Assembly (NCBI GenBank): GCA_050246315.1
Contig: JBFWWG010000002.1
Location: 160,001-224,000, forward strand
Reading direction: 5' to 3'
DNA from: Nitrospiraceae bacterium
GTDB lineage: Bacteria; Nitrospirota; Nitrospiria; Nitrospirales; Nitrospiraceae
Length of the DNA stretch: 64,000 nucleotides
In this document: piece after piece, positions 1 to 11,631 of the stretch
How positions within the stretch are numbered: position 1 is the stretch's first letter
Layout of the letters: the number at the start of each line of letters is the position of its first letter
The notes under the pieces: generated by a model
Seen by the model: only the letters and a program-made list of their open reading frames with translations
What the model was told of the DNA's origin: nothing
Databases searched by the model: none
Position numbers and translations under genes: made by a program

Positions 1-409
1 TCCGGAAGGTGCGTTTGTTGAAGCGATAGCGGCGATAGGCATGGCCGGTCATCACGGTCATATCTTGAAGATGGCACTCGCCGCCTTCGTCGCAGACCGG
101 ACAGTCGTGAGGATGGTTCGCCATCATCCATTCGATGACGCTCGCGCGAAAGGCCTTCGCTTCGGGATCCTCGATGGAGATGCGCGTACCGGCGGTGGCC
201 GGCGTCATGCAAGCCATGACCAGATGTCCTTCGCGATCACGTTCGTCTCTGAACTGCTTGACCGCGCATTGCCGGCAGGCGCCGACCGAGCCCAACGCCG
301 GATGCCAACAGAAGTACGGCAGGTTCAAGCCGAGCGAGAGGCAGGCGTGCAGGAGATTCTCGCGCTCGTCCACCTGGTAGGGACGATCATCGATGAGGAT
401 GGTGGTCAT
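1..409 (-). CDS. nuoG: NADH-quinone oxidoreductase subunit G (5' part, runs off window start)
   Basis: Manual translation: [11 protein letters not shown]...[16 protein letters not shown]...[18 protein letters not shown]e-S motifs; ATGA overlap with nuoF stop. Confidence 0.95.
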   Translation of the reverse strand, partial: MTTILIDDRPYQVDERENLLHACLSLGLNLPYFCWHPALGSVGACRQCAVKQFRDERDREGHLVMACMTPATAGTRISIEDPEAKAFRASVIEWMMANHPHDCPVCDEGGECHLQDMTVMTGHAYRRYRFNKRTFR

Positions 410-1716
410 GCCTTCACTCCACCCACGCCGGCACCCTCATTCGACCACGGGCAACGTTTCTCGTGGATGTGCCGTTCAAAATCGCCGCGACAATATTTCA
501 AGATACTCCGCAGCGGGTCCATCGCTCCGGGCGCCAAGGCGCAAAAGGTTCGGCCGGGACCAAGCAGCTTCGTGTGCCCCTCGATGAGATCGATCTCCTC
601 CATTCGTCCCTGTCCGTTCTCCAGGCTCTGGAGAATTCGCTCCGTCCAGGACAATCCTTCCCAGCAAGGCGTGCACCAGCCGCAGGACTCTTGCGCGAAG
701 AAATGTTCCAGATTTTGTGCGAATCCGACCGGGCAGGTCTGCTCGTCCAGCACGATCATCGTCCCCGTTCCCATCCGGCTGCCCGCTCGTTGAATCGATT
801 CGAAGTCCATCGAGAGATCCAGATGCTCCTTCACGAGCAACGCCGTGGAGGCACCTCCCGGCAGTAGGCCGCGGAGTGAGCAACCGTCTTTCATACCTCC
901 CGCATGTTCTTCGATAATTTCTCGGATCGATGTGCCCATGGGAAGTTCCCAGGCCCCGGGCCGTTTGACGTTGCCGCTCACCCCGTAGATTTTGGTCCCG
1001 CCATCCTGCCCTCGACCGAGGCGCTTATACCACTCGGCGCCGTGAGCCATAATATGAGGGACGTTACAGAGGGTCTCGACGTTTTGCACGATCGTGGGTT
1101 TGCCCCAGAGCCCGACGACTTGCGGAAAAGGCGGTTTGGACCGAGGAATGGCGCGCTTCCCTTCCAGCGCATTGAGTAAGGCCGTTTCTTCACCGCAAAT
1201 GTACCGCCCCGCGCTCGTGTGGAGGTGCAGCTCGAAGCAGAAACCTGATCCGAGAATGTTGCGTCCGAGATAGCCGTGGGAACGGGCCTCGGCGATGGCT
1301 TGGCGCAACCGTTCGGCCGCCAGCCGGTATTCCCATCGCAGAAAGATGTATCCAACGTTCGCCTCGATCGCATAGGCGCCGATGATCATACCCTCGATCA
1401 ACTGGTGTGGGTCGCCTTCCAACAGGAGTCGATCCTTGAATGTGCCAGGTTCCATTTCATCGGCGTTGACCACGAGATACTTGGGACGGGGTGCGTCCGG
1501 TCCCATCGGCACGAAGCTCCATTTCTTGCCGGTCGAAAACCCGGCGCCGCCGCGCCCACGGAGCGTGGACTCGGTGACGAGCTTCTGCACTTCTTGGGGA
1601 GCCATCGTCCGCAACACCTTGCGCACGGACTCATACCCCCCGGCCTTCTCGTACTCGGTCACCCACAGCGGCTCGGCGTTCGGCCTGATGCGGCCCGTCA
1701 GCGGCTGCTCCCCCAT
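406..1716 (-). CDS. nuoF: NADH-quinone oxidoreductase subunit F
   Basis: [35 protein letters not shown] motifs. Confidence 0.97.
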   Translation of the reverse strand: MGEQPLTGRIRPNAEPLWVTEYEKAGGYESVRKVLRTMAPQEVQKLVTESTLRGRGGAGFSTGKKWSFVPMGPDAPRPKYLVVNADEMEPGTFKDRLLLEGDPHQLIEGMIIGAYAIEANVGYIFLRWEYRLAAERLRQAIAEARSHGYLGRNILGSGFCFELHLHTSAGRYICGEETALLNALEGKRAIPRSKPPFPQVVGLWGKPTIVQNVETLCNVPHIMAHGAEWYKRLGRGQDGGTKIYGVSGNVKRPGAWELPMGTSIREIIEEHAGGMKDGCSLRGLLPGGASTALLVKEHLDLSMDFESIQRAGSRMGTGTMIVLDEQTCPVGFAQNLEHFFAQESCGWCTPCWEGLSWTERILQSLENGQGRMEEIDLIEGHTKLLGPGRTFCALAPGAMDPLRSILKYCRGDFERHIHEKRCPWSNEGAGVGGVKA

Positions 1717-1731
1717 CCCCTGCCGGTCCTC

Positions 1732-2196
1732 CTACGGATAGCGTTCAAGAATGCGATCGACGTTCGTGGCAGTCAGATCACCATGGAGATCGTCATCGAT
1801 CATCATCGCGGGAGCCCGGTCGCAGGCACCGAGACAGACGATCGGGAGCAGAGTGAATCGCCCGTCGCCCGTTGTCTCACCCATCGAGATTCCCAACCTC
1901 GTTTGGAGCTCCTTGCGCAACGTGTCGCATCCGCAGACCCAGCAACTGATACTGTCGCAGAGCAAGATCACATGACGCCCGACGGGCTTCCGAAAGATCA
2001 GGTTGTAGAACGTCGCCACACCGTCCAGCTCATCGGGCGTCATGCCAAGCAGGGCGGCGACACTCTTGAGACTCTCGTCAGAGACCCACCCGCGATGTCG
2101 CTGGACGACCTTCAAGGCTTCCACGCACCCTGCGCGTTTATCGGGATAATGCGAGACTTCCTCCTCGATGTCGCGATGTTCGATGTCCGTCAGCAT
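1732..2196 (-). CDS. nuoE: NADH-quinone oxidoreductase subunit E
   Basis: CDSISC...CLGACDRAP [2Fe-2S] motif; start placed at MLTDIEH. Confidence 0.95.
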   Translation of the reverse strand: MLTDIEHRDIEEEVSHYPDKRAGCVEALKVVQRHRGWVSDESLKSVAALLGMTPDELDGVATFYNLIFRKPVGRHVILLCDSISCWVCGCDTLRKELQTRLGISMGETTGDGRFTLLPIVCLGACDRAPAMMIDDDLHGDLTATNVDRILERYP

Positions 2197-2224
2197 TGGG
2201 CAACCGGTCGGCAGCCGCGCCGTT

Positions 2225-3976
2225 TCAGCGATCCACGTCCGCGAGCACAAAATCCACGCTGCCGAGGATCGCCACGAGATCCGCGAGCAAGAGACCGCGC
2301 GAGATCGACGGAACCATCTGCATATGGGGAAACGACGGTGTCCTGATACGCACGCGGTAGGGCCACGCCGTGCCGTCGCTGATCAGGTAATAGCCGTTGT
2401 TTCCCTTGGTGCCCTCGATCCCGACAAAGGCCTCGCCGGGCGGAATCACCGGGCCCCAACTGACGCTCAGAAAATGCGTGATCAGCGTCTCGATGTCGTG
2501 CATCGTCCGTTCCTTAATCGGCGGCGTGGCCAACGGATGCTCCGCCTTGTACGGACCTTCCGGCATGTGGTTGAGGCATTGTTCGATGATCCGCAGACTC
2601 TGCCGCATCTCCTCGACGCGCACGACCGCACGGTCATAGCAGTCGCCGTGCTCCGCGATCGGAATGTCGAACTCGAACCGATCGTATCCCGAATAGGGCC
2701 GCCGCTTTCGAAAATCCCACGGGAATCCAGTCGCGCGCAGCCCGGGACCGGTCACCCCCCATTCGATCGCTTCGTCCCTTGTATATCGACCCACACCTTG
2801 CGTGCGGGCTTTGAAGATCGCGTTCCGCATCACCAGGTCGTCGTATTCGGCCAGGCGAGGCGGAAAATAGTTCAGGAACTCCCGGACCAGTTTGTCCCAG
2901 CCTTCCGGAAGATCCTGCGCCACACCCCCGATCCGGAACCATTCCGGATGCATCCGTCCGCCGCAGATCGCCTCCACGATGTGGAAAATGCGCTCCCGGT
3001 CCGTGAACATGTAAAAGACGGGAGAAAGCTGCCCGACGTCTTGCGCAAATGTGCCGTACCACACGAGATGGCTCGCGATGCGGAAGAATTCCGCCATCAT
3101 GACTCTGATGACTTGAACCCGATCGGGAACCTGGATGCCGGCGAGTTGTTCCGCCGCCAGCACATAGGGCAACTCGTTCATGACGCCCCCCAGATAGTCG
3201 ATCCGGTCCGTATAGGGAATGAACGTGTGCCAGGTCTGGCGTTCCCCCATCTTCTCCGCTCCGCGGTGGTGATAGCCGATGTCCGGCACTACGTCCACGA
3301 TCTCCTCCTGATCCAGTTGCAGGACGAGACGGAGAATGCCATGGGTGCCCGTATGCGCCGGGCCGAGATTGAGGAACATGAAGTCCGACGTCTCGCGGGA
3401 GCGCGTCATTCCCCATTCTTCGGGACGAAAGGTGAGAGCCTCTTCCTCCGCTTCCTGCTTGTCCTCCGGCAAATCGAACCGGCCCATTTCGGTTGCGCGG
3501 GCGGGATGATCCTTCCTGAGGGGATGACCTTGCCAGGTCGGCGGCATGAGGATTCGGCGGAGATTCGGATGCCCACCGAAGGTGATGCCGAACAGGTCCC
3601 AGACTTCCCGCTCGTACCAATTGGCGGCGGGCCAGAGATCGGTGATGGTTGCGATGGAGGGAACCGTTCCCGCCAGCGGAACCTTAAGGCGGATATCTTC
3701 GTTTCGCTCGAAGGAGAGCAGGTGATACACGACCGTGAAATCACCCGACGGTTGATCCGGTTTCACCCTCCGGACCCGCTCGTCGATCGCGGTGAGGTCA
3801 TACAGCATTTTATACGGCCGATTCGCCTCGTCCTTCAGATACTGGAGCATCTCGCGCACCCTCTCCGTCGAGGTCCATACGGTGGGAAGCTCATCGGATG
3901 TCGGTTGAATCGAGAATGCGTCCTGTCCGAATCGCCCTCGGAGTTCATCAACAATCGTGGTCCGGCCGATGTCCAC
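2225..3976 (-). CDS. nuoCD: Fused NADH-quinone oxidoreductase subunit C/D
   Basis: [19 protein letters not shown] (C part); [16 protein letters not shown]-terminal DFVLADVDR (D part) in one 583-aa ORF. Confidence 0.97.
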   Translation of the reverse strand: MDIGRTTIVDELRGRFGQDAFSIQPTSDELPTVWTSTERVREMLQYLKDEANRPYKMLYDLTAIDERVRRVKPDQPSGDFTVVYHLLSFERNEDIRLKVPLAGTVPSIATITDLWPAANWYEREVWDLFGITFGGHPNLRRILMPPTWQGHPLRKDHPARATEMGRFDLPEDKQEAEEEALTFRPEEWGMTRSRETSDFMFLNLGPAHTGTHGILRLVLQLDQEEIVDVVPDIGYHHRGAEKMGERQTWHTFIPYTDRIDYLGGVMNELPYVLAAEQLAGIQVPDRVQVIRVMMAEFFRIASHLVWYGTFAQDVGQLSPVFYMFTDRERIFHIVEAICGGRMHPEWFRIGGVAQDLPEGWDKLVREFLNYFPPRLAEYDDLVMRNAIFKARTQGVGRYTRDEAIEWGVTGPGLRATGFPWDFRKRRPYSGYDRFEFDIPIAEHGDCYDRAVVRVEEMRQSLRIIEQCLNHMPEGPYKAEHPLATPPIKERTMHDIETLITHFLSVSWGPVIPPGEAFVGIEGTKGNNGYYLISDGTAWPYRVRIRTPSFPHMQMVPSISRGLLLADLVAILGSVDFVLADVDR

Positions 3977-3995
3977 TATTCAGGTTTCCATTCGG

Positions 3996-4652
3996 TCATG
4001 GCAGGTGATCGACCGCCGGGAAGTCCGTCGCTCGTTCTCGTTCGCCTCGTTTGCGATCGCGCTGCGAGGGCATCAGTGGTTTCGATACCTGCTGGCCGCC
4101 GACCATCCAGCTCAGCGGCCGCCGTTCCCGTCCGACCTGTTCCTGCAACAGTAACAAGCCTTCCATGAAGGTATGGGGAGGAGGAGGACAGCCGGGGAGA
4201 TAGACATCCACCGGCAAGAAGGAATCAACCCCTTGCACCACGGAATAGATGTCGTACATGCCGCCGGAGTTGGCGCACGATCCCATGGAGATCACCCACC
4301 GAGGCTCCATCATCTGCTCGTACAAACGCTTGATGATCGGCGCCATCTTGATGAACACGGTGCCGGCGACGACCATCAGATCCGCTTCGCGCGGGCTGCC
4401 TCGAACCACCTCGGCGCCGAATCGCGCGATGTCGTACCGACTCGTGAGGCTGGTCGCCATCTCCACATAGCAACAGGACAAGCCGAAGTTGAACGGCCAC
4501 AGGGAATGCTTCCGTCCCCAGGCAATCAGGTCCTGTAATTGCCCCAGGACCACATTGCGACGCACGGCTTCCTCTAGCGCACCGTCGCCGACTCCGTTCA
4601 TTCCGTCAGCCGACCGGTGAGCGCTCGCCGGCCTGTTGAGCCACCAAGGCAT
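3996..4652 (-). CDS. nuoB: NADH-quinone oxidoreductase subunit B
   Basis: [25 protein letters not shown] motifs. Confidence 0.97.
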   Translation of the reverse strand: MPWWLNRPASAHRSADGMNGVGDGALEEAVRRNVVLGQLQDLIAWGRKHSLWPFNFGLSCCYVEMATSLTSRYDIARFGAEVVRGSPREADLMVVAGTVFIKMAPIIKRLYEQMMEPRWVISMGSCANSGGMYDIYSVVQGVDSFLPVDVYLPGCPPPPHTFMEGLLLLQEQVGRERRPLSWMVGGQQVSKPLMPSQRDRKRGERERATDFPAVDHLP

Positions 4653-5049
4653 CGCCGCCCTTGCACCTCCGTACGAGACCCCGCTGCGGGGAGGTTCCCC
4701 AATCGAGCGCGCCCACCCGCCACAAGTAGGCCAGCGCGATGAACAGAACTACGATGAAGATGAACATTTCTCCGAAGCCGAGCCAGCCGGCCTCTGGAGC
4801 CGCCACGGCCCAGGCGAACAGATACACCGCCTCCAGATCGAAGATGACGAACAGCATCGCGATCAGGTAGAACTGCACCGGCAGCCGGATCTGTGCGGAG
4901 CCCGTGACGGCGATCCCGGATTCGTAGGGTTCGTCCGTCGCTTGCTCCCGATGCCGCTCACCCAGGAGCGCGGAAATCCCGATCATGCCCGCCGCAATCG
5001 CCAAGACCGCGAGAACGTAGACGGCGAAGGGCCAGAAGTGTTCGGTCAC
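4606..5049 (-). CDS. nuoA: NADH-quinone oxidoreductase subunit A
   Basis: [19 protein letters not shown], 3 TM helices; GTG start after GGAGG. Confidence 0.95.
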   Translation of the reverse strand: MTEHFWPFAVYVLAVLAIAAGMIGISALLGERHREQATDEPYESGIAVTGSAQIRLPVQFYLIAMLFVIFDLEAVYLFAWAVAAPEAGWLGFGEMFIFIVVLFIALAYLWRVGALDWGTSPQRGLVRRCKGGDALVAQQAGERSPVG

Positions 5050-5321
5050 CGATGACCTCCTGGAGGAAACGTGGCACGAAGATCGCCGTCTGTCCCACCG
5101 TCCTGCGTCGCGGGATCGGACGCGTCGGCCCGCAAGCTCAGGAAGTCAGACCGGCCTCTCGGTTCCTGGACCGGCCGCTTCGATGTGGCTTCTGAGGATC
5201 CCGCACACTGTGCAATCCTCGCAGTCTTCCGTCGAGACAAGCTCGGGATCGCCCCTCAATCCATCCACCGGTCACGGCAAGCGGTTCCTCCGTCGCTCTC
5301 GGTCGAGCGTCGTGACGCCCC

Positions 5322-5528
5322 TTACTGACGACTGAGACGGACCAGATACTGAAACGTCGAGGGGTGATGGAGTGTAAGACGACCCCTTCGACTCTGTTGA
5401 TCCACGCTCGTGAAGATCTGGTTCCAAGAGAAATCCGGCAACCGTTGCGCGAGTTCATCGATCGTGCAGGGTCCTCGACGCTCCAAGTCTTGAAGAATCG
5501 CGACCTCGACGGTATTCACATGCGCCAT
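5322..5528 (-). CDS. Small winged-helix-like hypothetical protein (68 aa)
   Basis: AGGAGG RBS before MAHVNTVEVAILQDLERRGPCTIDELAQRLPDFSWNQIF; HTH-like pattern. Confidence 0.7.
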   Translation of the reverse strand: MAHVNTVEVAILQDLERRGPCTIDELAQRLPDFSWNQIFTSVDQQSRRGRLTLHHPSTFQYLVRLSRQ

Positions 5529-5868
5529 CTCCACCTCCTTCCCAGCTCGCAACGTGTACGGCATCATCCGTGACTGCGGGATGCCGGTCCGAACGAGCCG
5601 GTCAGCGGTATCGCTCCGTGACTCAACCAATAGGCGCGCGGTGTCCATCCCAGATGCGAAAGGATCGTTCGACCGCAAGTGAGCAGAGATGCAATTCACG
5701 ATCCCTTCGACTTCTCCACACGAATTGCGCAGCGAGGGTCGGAACCGTCGGTGAAGTCCTCCGAGCACTCTCGACGCCAGCTTCTCATCGTGTGCTTCGT
5801 GCACTTACGCACTGAGCGTCGAGTGCGCCACTGCTCGGTTGCGGATTGAGCAGCATTCATGTCACCCT

Positions 5869-6144
5869 TCACGTCCTTTTCCTTGGCCTGCTCTGCGGTC
5901 TCTTGAGGCGGTGAAACTTCCGCAGATGCGCGATGATCATCTGTTCATCCCCGACAATAATCACGCCGCACGATGAATCGACCAGCGTTGGTGTCTCGTT
6001 ACGACTGGATATTCGCTTCAGGCGTTCACGCTTGGACTTGTCCTTCGAAACGTTTCTCAAGATACAGTCGATGCCCCATTCCGACATCTTCTGGCGAACC
6101 TGAGCGCTGTATTCACACTCTTCAAACTGATACAGTTCCAGCAT
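5869..6144 (-). CDS. Glutaredoxin / GST N-terminal-like protein (CxxS)
   Basis: MLELYQFEECEYS...ETPTLVD thioredoxin-fold pattern; good RBS. Confidence 0.8.
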   Translation of the reverse strand: MLELYQFEECEYSAQVRQKMSEWGIDCILRNVSKDKSKRERLKRISSRNETPTLVDSSCGVIIVGDEQMIIAHLRKFHRLKRPQSRPRKRT

Positions 6145-6276
6145 GCGTTCCTCTCCTCACGACTTCCCTCAAGATTTGCTCTCCTGCACCCTGCCTGGAC
6201 TCGACGCTCCTACCGTCCGACGTGGCGCGCTTCGATGCGCCACTTTCCTGACGGGCTCCGTCAACCGGATGATCGC

Positions 6277-6936
6277 TCAACGCGTAGGTCTGGTCGCCAG
6301 ACGATTGTCCACAATGTCCCAGTTGATATTCCCAAAGAAGGCTTCAATGTACTTTGGTCTGTCCGATGGTTTGTAGTCCAACATGAACGCGTGTTCCCAC
6401 ACATCGAGGACGAGCAACGGAGTGAATCCCGCCACGTTGCCGATCTCATGCAACGTGATCCAATGGTTCGAGAGACGGCCGTTCACCGGATTGCGGTAAC
6501 AGATCGCCCAACCCACTCCGCGCATTCTGGCAATGCTCGCGAAATCCGTCCGCCAAATTGCATAACTGCCGAAGGTTGTTTCGGCCTCCTTGCGAAATGC
6601 CGATGAGCGCTCCGGGTCGCCGGATCCTTGCCGTTTCAGGTTCTCGAAGTAGTATTCGTGCAGCACCATCCCGTTGTATTCAAATCCCAATCGGCGCGTA
6701 AGTTCCGAATAGGCGGGCAGTTCTTCCTGGTCCACCGTGCCGTCCTTTAGAAACTCGGCGATCCGCTCGGTGAGCCTATTGGTTTCTCGGACATACCCTC
6801 CATACAATTGAAAATGCATCTCCAGCGTCTTGTCCGAGATGCCACTGAGCCCGCTCAAGTTGAACTGCTTTGCTTGATAGCCTTGCGTAATCACCTGGAG
6901 GCCTCCAGCGGTAGATGAAGACGGGTATCGAGGCAT
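6277..6936 (-). CDS. Fe/Mn superoxide dismutase
   Basis: Metal ligands in MHF, VLHE and DVWEH motifs. Confidence 0.93.
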   Translation of the reverse strand: MPRYPSSSTAGGLQVITQGYQAKQFNLSGLSGISDKTLEMHFQLYGGYVRETNRLTERIAEFLKDGTVDQEELPAYSELTRRLGFEYNGMVLHEYYFENLKRQGSGDPERSSAFRKEAETTFGSYAIWRTDFASIARMRGVGWAICYRNPVNGRLSNHWITLHEIGNVAGFTPLLVLDVWEHAFMLDYKPSDRPKYIEAFFGNINWDIVDNRLATRPTR

Positions 6937-7255
6937 GACACATTCTCACGCTCCGCGATTCAGCGCGTGCTACAACAAGGTCGTCCGGGATGCATCGCCA
7001 CGGAGCCAGGAGGCCGGAATGACGCCACTCGTTGCGGTCATCGTGTCATGTGTATAGATTGCAACAGCCGCCGCCCATCCCACAAAACTGGAATTGTCCG
7101 TCATACTTTACAGGCAAGAAGATGTCATGATCATGAGGACAGATGGCCCACGTCTCGGATCGCTCAAGATGCCGACCCGCTTGCAGGCACCCATTGAAGC
7201 GGTGCAGTATCTCAACGGTTCCTCGACCTTATCGTCCTCACCTGCGTCAGGCTTA

Positions 7256-7741
7256 TCACTCAACGACCCATACGGCGTACCCGCCCGCCTGTTTCAACAG
7301 CCGACGCGTGATCCCGCCGAAAAAGAGGCTTTTCAAGCCGGAAACGCCACGGCGGCCGACCACGATGGCCTGATAACCGCCCTTCCTCGCTTCTTCGAGA
7401 ATGGTCTCGACGATATCTTCGCCATAGCCGAACTTCATTCGGATACGAGAGGCGTGAAAGCCAGTTCGCTCCAGCGTCCGACGAGCCTTCGACAGAATAG
7501 GAGATTCCAATCTCTGCTCCTGCTTGTACCAGTCCTTTCGCTCTCTCCTGAGTTGCCTGCCCAACTCTTCTTCACGAGCAGGATCTTCGGATCCTCCATG
7601 TTCCCGCAAAACCGGTGGCAGTGGGTTAAGAACGTGAAAGAGCGTCACGGTCACGGCGGGCGTGGACCGCAGTAGCCGCCCCACATGTTGCACCGCCCGC
7701 GTGGAATCCTTGGAGCCATCCACCGCAACGAGAATTCGCAT
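7256..7741 (-). CDS. Universal stress protein
   Basis: MRILVAVDGS...IVVGRRGVSG...FGGIT USP signature. Confidence 0.9.
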   Translation of the reverse strand: MRILVAVDGSKDSTRAVQHVGRLLRSTPAVTVTLFHVLNPLPPVLREHGGSEDPAREEELGRQLRRERKDWYKQEQRLESPILSKARRTLERTGFHASRIRMKFGYGEDIVETILEEARKGGYQAIVVGRRGVSGLKSLFFGGITRRLLKQAGGYAVWVVE

Positions 7742-9362
7742 CAAGAGGTCGCTCCCATCGGTTGAGCACTGAAGGTCAGCTTGGCTTTTGAATATGTTCC
7801 GGTCGGCCCGCCTCTGCAACGGACGCTGAGAGGATGGCGCGAGACAAGCAACTCCAGCTTCATAGTCCACCTCTCCCCGACAGGAAAACGCCCGCGTTCT
7901 CTTGTCGGCCTCAGGAGCCCACCCACAGAGCGCGATGGCCTAGAAATCATTTCGAATTGGTGGCGTCCATCGGAACAGGTCTTATACGGCGCCAGCATGT
8001 TGCGCTTGCGCGACGACGGAGCAGCCGCCTGGGACGTCGTCTCCAGCATCAGTGCAGCTTTCCGACGTCTGTGGTCCCTATCGGTATCATCCAGTGTGTG
8101 ATACCTCTTGAGGATCCTACCGATGCATGAATGATGCTCACCGCTTCAAGATCAGGCCGCAAGCAGTCCTTTTCATAATCTCAGATCATGGCCCGAGAGA
8201 TAGGTTGCCTGCATCAGGCCATTCACCGTTCTCCTCGCGCACTCTCAAGGAAGACAGGAGTGTCGGTCCGAGGGACGTCGTTCTTGGAGAAGTGAAACGA
8301 GCTTGAGGGTTGGTCTTGTACATGACTTGCTCAAGGATGTGAGAAGCCATGACACCATCACAATTTGAGGCAATGCCCTTTCAACTCATCAAAGATCCCC
8401 ACGGAATCCCACCTTATGCAAAACTGTATCCGTCTCAGGCGAGGAGCGATTGAGCCAGGGTCAACGGAAAGTACGGTGCCACTTCCCCATCTCTTCCTGA
8501 CGAATGGTAAGGCTCGAGGTGGGTTGGTCATTTCCCATTGATAGGACATACGAGGAGTGACTTTGGTACCGTCCACTCTGCAAGCAGGACACCCTGTCCT
8601 ATTTGGCCCTCGTAGGCATGACGAAAATAATAGACCACAAGCTCTTGATGCTCTGTCTCCTCACGTGATTCGAGCATTTTCGCTCAACGCGCACAGTGTG
8701 AAAAGCGAACAACGCGCAGAAGGTTGGTACTCCCCTTAACATCGATCTCGCGTTTGTTCCCTATTCCGTTGGTGGTGAACCTCCTTCCGCGCAAATTCGG
8801 AATGTCTCTGTCGCGCATTCAATCGGGACCAAGACTTGCCTGTTTCTCATGTGATCTTGAAAGCAGTGGGGTCCGCCATTCACGAAGCGACGATTCAAGA
8901 GCTATCGCAGCGGAAGGCAGACTTCCTGGCGAGGTCGGCACCGCCTTAGGTCGTTCGCCGCCCCTGTGGCTCTTCCACAAGGAGGACTGCCGGCGCGTCG
9001 AATTGAGTCTACTGCCGGTCCAAAAAACTCAGGGCATGAGCCTGATCGATGAAGGCGAAGCCATGGGTACCGACAGCCATCTCCAGGTAGCACAACCCAC
9101 CCGGATTGTTCGAGGCAAGAGAGGTTATGATCAAGCCCAACTGGTACTGACGCAGGATGGAGCACTCAAATTGCAGGTGCGCTGCTTGACAGGGCAGGTC
9201 AATGAGTCCATGCCGGCGCATAGCCTGGAAGCCGTCACTTGAGAGAAGCGGACTGTTCAACGTCTACTTTTCTTCATGGAGAATCGGAGGTAGCACCACC
9301 GGAGCCATGAGCCACAGCTAAGCCGTCGCCCCGTCACTGAACAAGATAGAACGCATCACCCT

Positions 9363-11558
9363 ATGCAAGACTCACACATTCTTATGGAATGGAGCCGTTT
9401 TACCTCAGGGTCGGCGATCGCGAATGTCGTGCGCCCCATGATCCTGGAATCATGGGCCCGTTGCGTTGAGACCGGAATGCGCGCCGAACCCCAGTCGCTC
9501 AGCTTCAGACGGGTCAACGATGGCGAACTTGTGCAACGCCTCCAACAGAGCCGCGAGGTGCTAGAGAGAGCGAAGCCGTACCTCCGCCTGATCTCGACGG
9601 TCCTTGGATCGATCAAACACGTCGTCTATCTTGTCGATCATCAAGGCATTGTCCTCAAGAGCTGCGGGAATGCTCCCGATCTCCATCGTCGCGTTGGGCT
9701 CCTTCCGGGCTATGACTGGTCAGAGCGTGCGATGGGAACCAACGGAGCGGGAACGGCGTTGCTAACGGGCCGGCCTATCGCGGTGATCGGCCCCGAACAC
9801 TTCATGCGACATCTGCACGACTGCGCCTCCACCGCTGCGCCCGTCCATAATGAGGCCGGAGCCGTGATCGGAGCGCTTGCGATCGTCACCGCCGCAACGG
9901 ATGCGACGCCGGAACGGCTGAACATCGTCGTGCCATTCGCTTCTGCGATCGAACAAGAATCAGCCTCGATCGCCCGTAGCAAGGAGCTCATGCGGCTCGT
10001 CCAAGGCCCATACGCGCTCCTGGAACAGCACATGGCGCCCTTCTCTCCGGTTGGGGCGGCATGCATGAGCAACGAGCCGACCTGCCGAGAGTTGATCGAC
10101 TCGCTCCCCGCCGCGGTGTATCTCTGCGATGCGAACGGGGTCATTGTTCACTACAACCGTCTCGCCGCCCAGTTATGGGGTCGCGAGCCTCGGTGCGGCG
10201 ACCCTAGCGAGCGATTCTGCGGGGCCACCACCATATATCTTCCGGATGGAACCCTGCTCACTCACGAGCAGATGCCGACCGCGAGGGTCTTGCGCACCGG
10301 CCTCCCTCAGGACAATCGCGAATTGATCCTTGAGCGGGCAAACGGATCGCGCAGAACGGTCTTGGTGAATGCGGTTCCGCTCAAGAACGAGTCGGGAGAA
10401 GTCATCGGCGCGATGAACTGCATGTTTGACATTACAGATTGGAAACGCGCGGAAGACGCCGTAAGGAGTCGCGACGCCCGTCTTTCACACATCTTCTCCA
10501 GCGTCCCTGTCGTGCTCTACGAAGCCGAAGTGATCGAACCCTTCGGGCGGACTTGGGTCAGCGACAACATCGAAGGCCTCTCCGGTTTTCCCTCCGGACG
10601 CTTTATCGAAGATCCCGGGTTTTGGGCATCTCGATTACATCCAGACGACCGCGAACCAGTGCTCCGGACATTCGCCTCGCTCGGGGATCATGAGCGGCTT
10701 AGTTCCGAATACCGGTGGCAGCATGCCGACGGTCGATATCGCTGGTTCCTTGATCAGGTCGTCATTCAGCGCGACACCAACGGTCGGCCGACCGCCATTC
10801 TCGGGACGCGGCAGGACATGACCGAGCAAAGAGAAACCCGCCACCAGCTTCAGCAGTCGCTGGATCAATTGCGGATGCTCTCCCGCCGGCTCGAATTGGT
10901 GAGAGAAGAAGAACAGCGCAGGCTCGCCCGCGAAATTCATGATGAATTGGGAGTCTTGATGACCACGATGAAATTGGACCTCGCCCAGATGACCGGGTTG
11001 CTCATCGACGCGGGTCTTGGAACGGCGGCGCCTTCGTTACGACACAAGATCGTCTCGCTCGACAGTACATTGGATCAGACCATCACGGTGGTGCAACGGA
11101 TCGCCGCCGATCTTCGCCCAGGCGTGTTGGACGATCTTGGTCTGATCGCGGCGATCCAGTGGCAGGCTAAAACATTCCACTCTCGAACCGGTATTCATTG
11201 CGACGTGATCGCGGATACGGAGGATCCGCAGATCGATCCCGAACAGGCCACCGCATTGTTTCGTATCTGTCAAGAAGCACTTACGAACGTGGCACGACAC
11301 GCTCGGGCCACCTCCGTGGTCATCCGCTTCAGCGAAACAGGGGGACAAATCCTCCTCGAGATCGAGGACAATGGGCGAGGCATTCCGTCCGACAAACTGA
11401 CTGACCGCATGTCGCTGGGTCTGCTCGGCATGCGAGAACGGGCAAGCCTCGGTGGAGGAGAGGTCCATATTTCGGGGAAGCCTGGCAAGGGGACCATTAT
11501 CATCGTGCGCATGCCAACCGTTTCGGGGCACATGAATGCTGCGCACCAGACCTTGTAG
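9363..11558 (+). CDS. Soluble sensor histidine kinase GAF-PAS-PAS-HisKA_3-HATPase
   Basis: AcoR-like GAF (WSERAMGTNG), two PAS/PAC domains, RLAREIHDELG H-box, QEALTNVARHA, DNGRG. Confidence 0.93.
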   Translation: MQDSHILMEWSRFTSGSAIANVVRPMILESWARCVETGMRAEPQSLSFRRVNDGELVQRLQQSREVLERAKPYLRLISTVLGSIKHVVYLVDHQGIVLKSCGNAPDLHRRVGLLPGYDWSERAMGTNGAGTALLTGRPIAVIGPEHFMRHLHDCASTAAPVHNEAGAVIGALAIVTAATDATPERLNIVVPFASAIEQESASIARSKELMRLVQGPYALLEQHMAPFSPVGAACMSNEPTCRELIDSLPAAVYLCDANGVIVHYNRLAAQLWGREPRCGDPSERFCGATTIYLPDGTLLTHEQMPTARVLRTGLPQDNRELILERANGSRRTVLVNAVPLKNESGEVIGAMNCMFDITDWKRAEDAVRSRDARLSHIFSSVPVVLYEAEVIEPFGRTWVSDNIEGLSGFPSGRFIEDPGFWASRLHPDDREPVLRTFASLGDHERLSSEYRWQHADGRYRWFLDQVVIQRDTNGRPTAILGTRQDMTEQRETRHQLQQSLDQLRMLSRRLELVREEEQRRLAREIHDELGVLMTTMKLDLAQMTGLLIDAGLGTAAPSLRHKIVSLDSTLDQTITVVQRIAADLRPGVLDDLGLIAAIQWQAKTFHSRTGIHCDVIADTEDPQIDPEQATALFRICQEALTNVARHARATSVVIRFSETGGQILLEIEDNGRGIPSDKLTDRMSLGLLGMRERASLGGGEVHISGKPGKGTIIIVRMPTVSGHMNAAHQTL

Positions 11559-11631
11559 GCCATTATTTTAGGAAGCACCGGTAACCGCCGGTGTCTTGAC
11601 GATTGGCGGTCACACAGCAGCGAGGGGGCTG

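Noticed and set aside
2168..4168. Long antisense ORFs (2168-4168, 49304-51031 and similar)
   Set aside because: Shadow frames of GC-rich genes with no protein motifs.
9186..9202. FNR-like palindrome TTGAC-N7-GTCAA
   Set aside because: Spacer is 7 rather than 4 nt; single unsupported instance.
8358..9260. Short ORFs upstream of the histidine kinase
   Set aside because: No clear RBS or recognisable motifs; cannot be supported.
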